A stretch of 16,735 nucleotides of DNA from positions 1 through 16,735 of the forward strand of contig CAXHAT010000173.1 in NCBI GenBank assembly GCA_964014485.1. Reading direction: 5' to 3'. The stretch's first letter is position 1, and each line of letters opens with the position of its first letter. This document shows positions 15,048 to 16,735 of the stretch, in pieces. Under the pieces are notes generated by a model. That model was not told the origin of the DNA. It saw nothing but the letters and a program-made list of their open reading frames with translations, and did not search any database. This stretch comes from an uncultured Deferribacteres bacterium. GTDB taxonomy: Bacteria > Zhuqueibacterota > Zhuqueibacteria > Zhuqueibacterales > Geothermadaptataceae. Both the position numbers and the translations under genes were made by a program.

Positions 15048-16505
15048 ATGTTGAAGAGACGATTATTTCAATTCGCGGTGCTGTTGACAATTGGCGTTTG
15101 CATTGGCTCGGCGAAAGAACTGCCCGACCATCAAACGGATTTTCCGCCGGAAGAGTTTGTCGAGCGTCGAGATCGCATTTTTGACCAGATCGGCGATAAC
15201 GCGATTGTGCTGCTGCAAGCCGCCGCTTCCGTCCGGGGATTCAATGTTTTTCGCCAGAGCAACCAGTTTTATTATTTGACCGGCCTCGAAACGCCGCACA
15301 GCTACTTGCTGATGAACGGTCGCAATCGCCAGACGATTTTGTACTTGCCGCATCGGGATGAACGGCTTGAGCGCGGCGAGGGCACGTCGTGGTCGGCGCA
15401 AACGCCGGAAGAAGTGAAAAAACTGACCGGCGTTGACGCGGTTTTGGGCTACGATCAACTCGGCAAGCAATTCTTTCGCTTTCTCATCAAAACGCCTTAT
15501 CCCACACTTTACACGCCCTTCAGCCCGGCGGAAGGCACGATGGTCAGCCGCGACGAAGCATTGATCGGCCTGGCGCGCGCCATTGCCGATCCCTGGGACG
15601 AAGCTTTGTCTCGTGAGGGCCGCTTCATCAATCTCATCAGAACGCGCTTTCCGCAGTTTGAAATGAAAGACCTGTCTCCGATTCTGGATGAAATGCGTCT
15701 GGTCAAAAGCGAGCGCGAAATTGCCTTGATTCGCCGTGCCAGCGAGTTGGCCGGTCTCGGCATTATTGAAGCCATTCGCTCGACAAAGCCCGACGTGATG
15801 GAATACCAGCTCGATGCGGCCGCACGCTATATTTTCCGCATCAACGGTTCTCGCGGACCGGGCTATCGTTCCATAACCGCCGGCGGAACCAACGCCTGGA
15901 TGGGGCATTATTCGCAGAACAGCAGCCCGGTGAAAGACGGCGATTTGATTTTGATGGATTTCGCGCCGGATTATCGCTACTACACCAGCGACGTCGCGCG
16001 CATGTGGCCGGTCAACGGAAAATTCACTCCGGCGCAACGTGAATTGTACGGCTTTATCGTGGAATATTACAAAGTTCTGCAAAAGTACATCCGCCCGCAC
16101 GTCAGCGCCGATCAGATCATGGACGAGGCCGCCGCCGAGATGAAAAAGGTGTTTGAGAGTACAAAATTTTCCAAGCCAATTTACGAGAAGGCCTGCCGCG
16201 ACGCTTTGACTTTTCGCGGTCACCTGTCGCACCCGGTCGGCTTGGCTGTGCATGACGTTGGAACGTACCGCCGCGCACCGATCCAGCCGGGAACAGTTTT
16301 TTCAATTGATCCGATGATCTGGGTGCCGGAAGAAAAACTCTACATTCGCGTGGAAGACGTCGGCGTGGTCACGGAAGACGGCTTCGAAAATTTCTCAAGC
16401 TTCGTGCCGACCGAAATCGAAGACATTGAAAAATTGATGCAGGAAGAAGGCATTCTCCAGCACAAACCAACCGACGATAGAACTTCCGAGCAATTGAGAC
16501 GATGA
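15048..16505 (+). CDS. M24B Xaa-Pro aminopeptidase family protein with signal peptide
   Basis: FRQSNQFYYLTG (AMP_N), MRLVKS..EI, MDFAP...TSDVAR, HPVGLAVHD, IRVED; ATG at 15048 follows GGAGGAG. Confidence 0.9.
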   Translation: MLKRRLFQFAVLLTIGVCIGSAKELPDHQTDFPPEEFVERRDRIFDQIGDNAIVLLQAAASVRGFNVFRQSNQFYYLTGLETPHSYLLMNGRNRQTILYLPHRDERLERGEGTSWSAQTPEEVKKLTGVDAVLGYDQLGKQFFRFLIKTPYPTLYTPFSPAEGTMVSRDEALIGLARAIADPWDEALSREGRFINLIRTRFPQFEMKDLSPILDEMRLVKSEREIALIRRASELAGLGIIEAIRSTKPDVMEYQLDAAARYIFRINGSRGPGYRSITAGGTNAWMGHYSQNSSPVKDGDLILMDFAPDYRYYTSDVARMWPVNGKFTPAQRELYGFIVEYYKVLQKYIRPHVSADQIMDEAAAEMKKVFESTKFSKPIYEKACRDALTFRGHLSHPVGLAVHDVGTYRRAPIQPGTVFSIDPMIWVPEEKLYIRVEDVGVVTEDGFENFSSFVPTEIEDIEKLMQEEGILQHKPTDDRTSEQLRR

Positions 16506-16511
16506 TGGTTT

Positions 16512-16566
16512 TTGACCGGATTAACGAGATCGACTGGATTGTCTTCGTTTTTCTTGATTCGGTCAA
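16512..16566 (+). repeat. 9-bp-period repeat within a hairpin just after the peptidase stop
   Basis: GACCGGATT AACGAGATC GACTGGATT (16514-16540). TTGACCGGATTAA (16512-16524) pairs with TTGATTCGGTCAA (16554-16566) using 2 G-U pairs. Confidence 0.45.
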
Positions 16567-16627
16567 TCAAAAATAGGGTTCTATGTCGTTTTGTGTGGGT
16601 AAATCATTTTTGTACTTGATCATTTCT

Positions 16628-16688
16628 CTACGCCGAAGGCGTTTTACTCTACAGCCCAGGGTATGCCGATGGAACGGCATACCCTGGG
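16628..16688. repeat. REP-like double hairpin element, truncated by the adapter
   Basis: ACGCC-GAA-GGCGT (16630-16642) and a perfect 14-bp stem CCCAGGGTATGCCG-ATGGAA-CGGCATACCCTGGG (16655-16688). Confidence 0.7.
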
Positions 16689-16690
16689 AC

Positions 16691-16735
16691 CTGTCTCTTA
16701 TACACATCTCCGAGCCCACGAGACTCCATTGCATC
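16691..16735 (+). other. Illumina Nextera adapter read-through (technical artefact)
   Basis: CTGTCTCTTATACACATCT (Tn5 mosaic end) + CCGAGCCCACGAGAC + 8-nt index TCCATTGC + ATC (start of P7 complement). Confidence 0.98.

Noticed and set aside
15063..16253. 396-aa antisense ORF
   Set aside because: Lies wholly opposite the well-supported M24 peptidase and has no recognisable motifs; a shadow ORF.
16691..16709. Tn5/IS50 end suggesting a transposon
   Set aside because: It is the synthetic mosaic end followed by Nextera primer and index sequence, so a library artefact.

Overview
Bacterial contig fragment of roughly 50% GC, probably metagenomic: it ends in an untrimmed Nextera adapter and has REP-like hairpins at both ends. 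Gene order: class II aldolase with a possible microcompartment encapsulation tail (+); lipoprotein beta-propeller phytase (+); TfoX N-terminal domain protein (-); DegP/HtrA protease (-); a minus-strand organoarsenic cluster read as AhpD-like CxxC protein > radical SAM ArsS > AS3MT-like ArsM > 95-aa membrane protein; argG-argH (+); a degenerate SpoIIE/PP2C-like + TPR protein (+); and two secreted peptidases, S9B DPP-IV-like and M24B Xaa-Pro aminopeptidase (+). The most notable items are: (i) a compact arsenosugar-type operon with a TGAA-N6-TTCA operator in the divergent region it shares with argG; (ii) a likely pseudophosphatase-TPR protein lacking most metal-binding Asp residues; (iii) two copies of a GTCATT/AATGAC-based palindromic element bracketing argG-argH-SpoIIE/TPR; and (iv) several intergenic hairpins and short-period repeats. 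All assignments come from motif recognition by eye; no searches were run.
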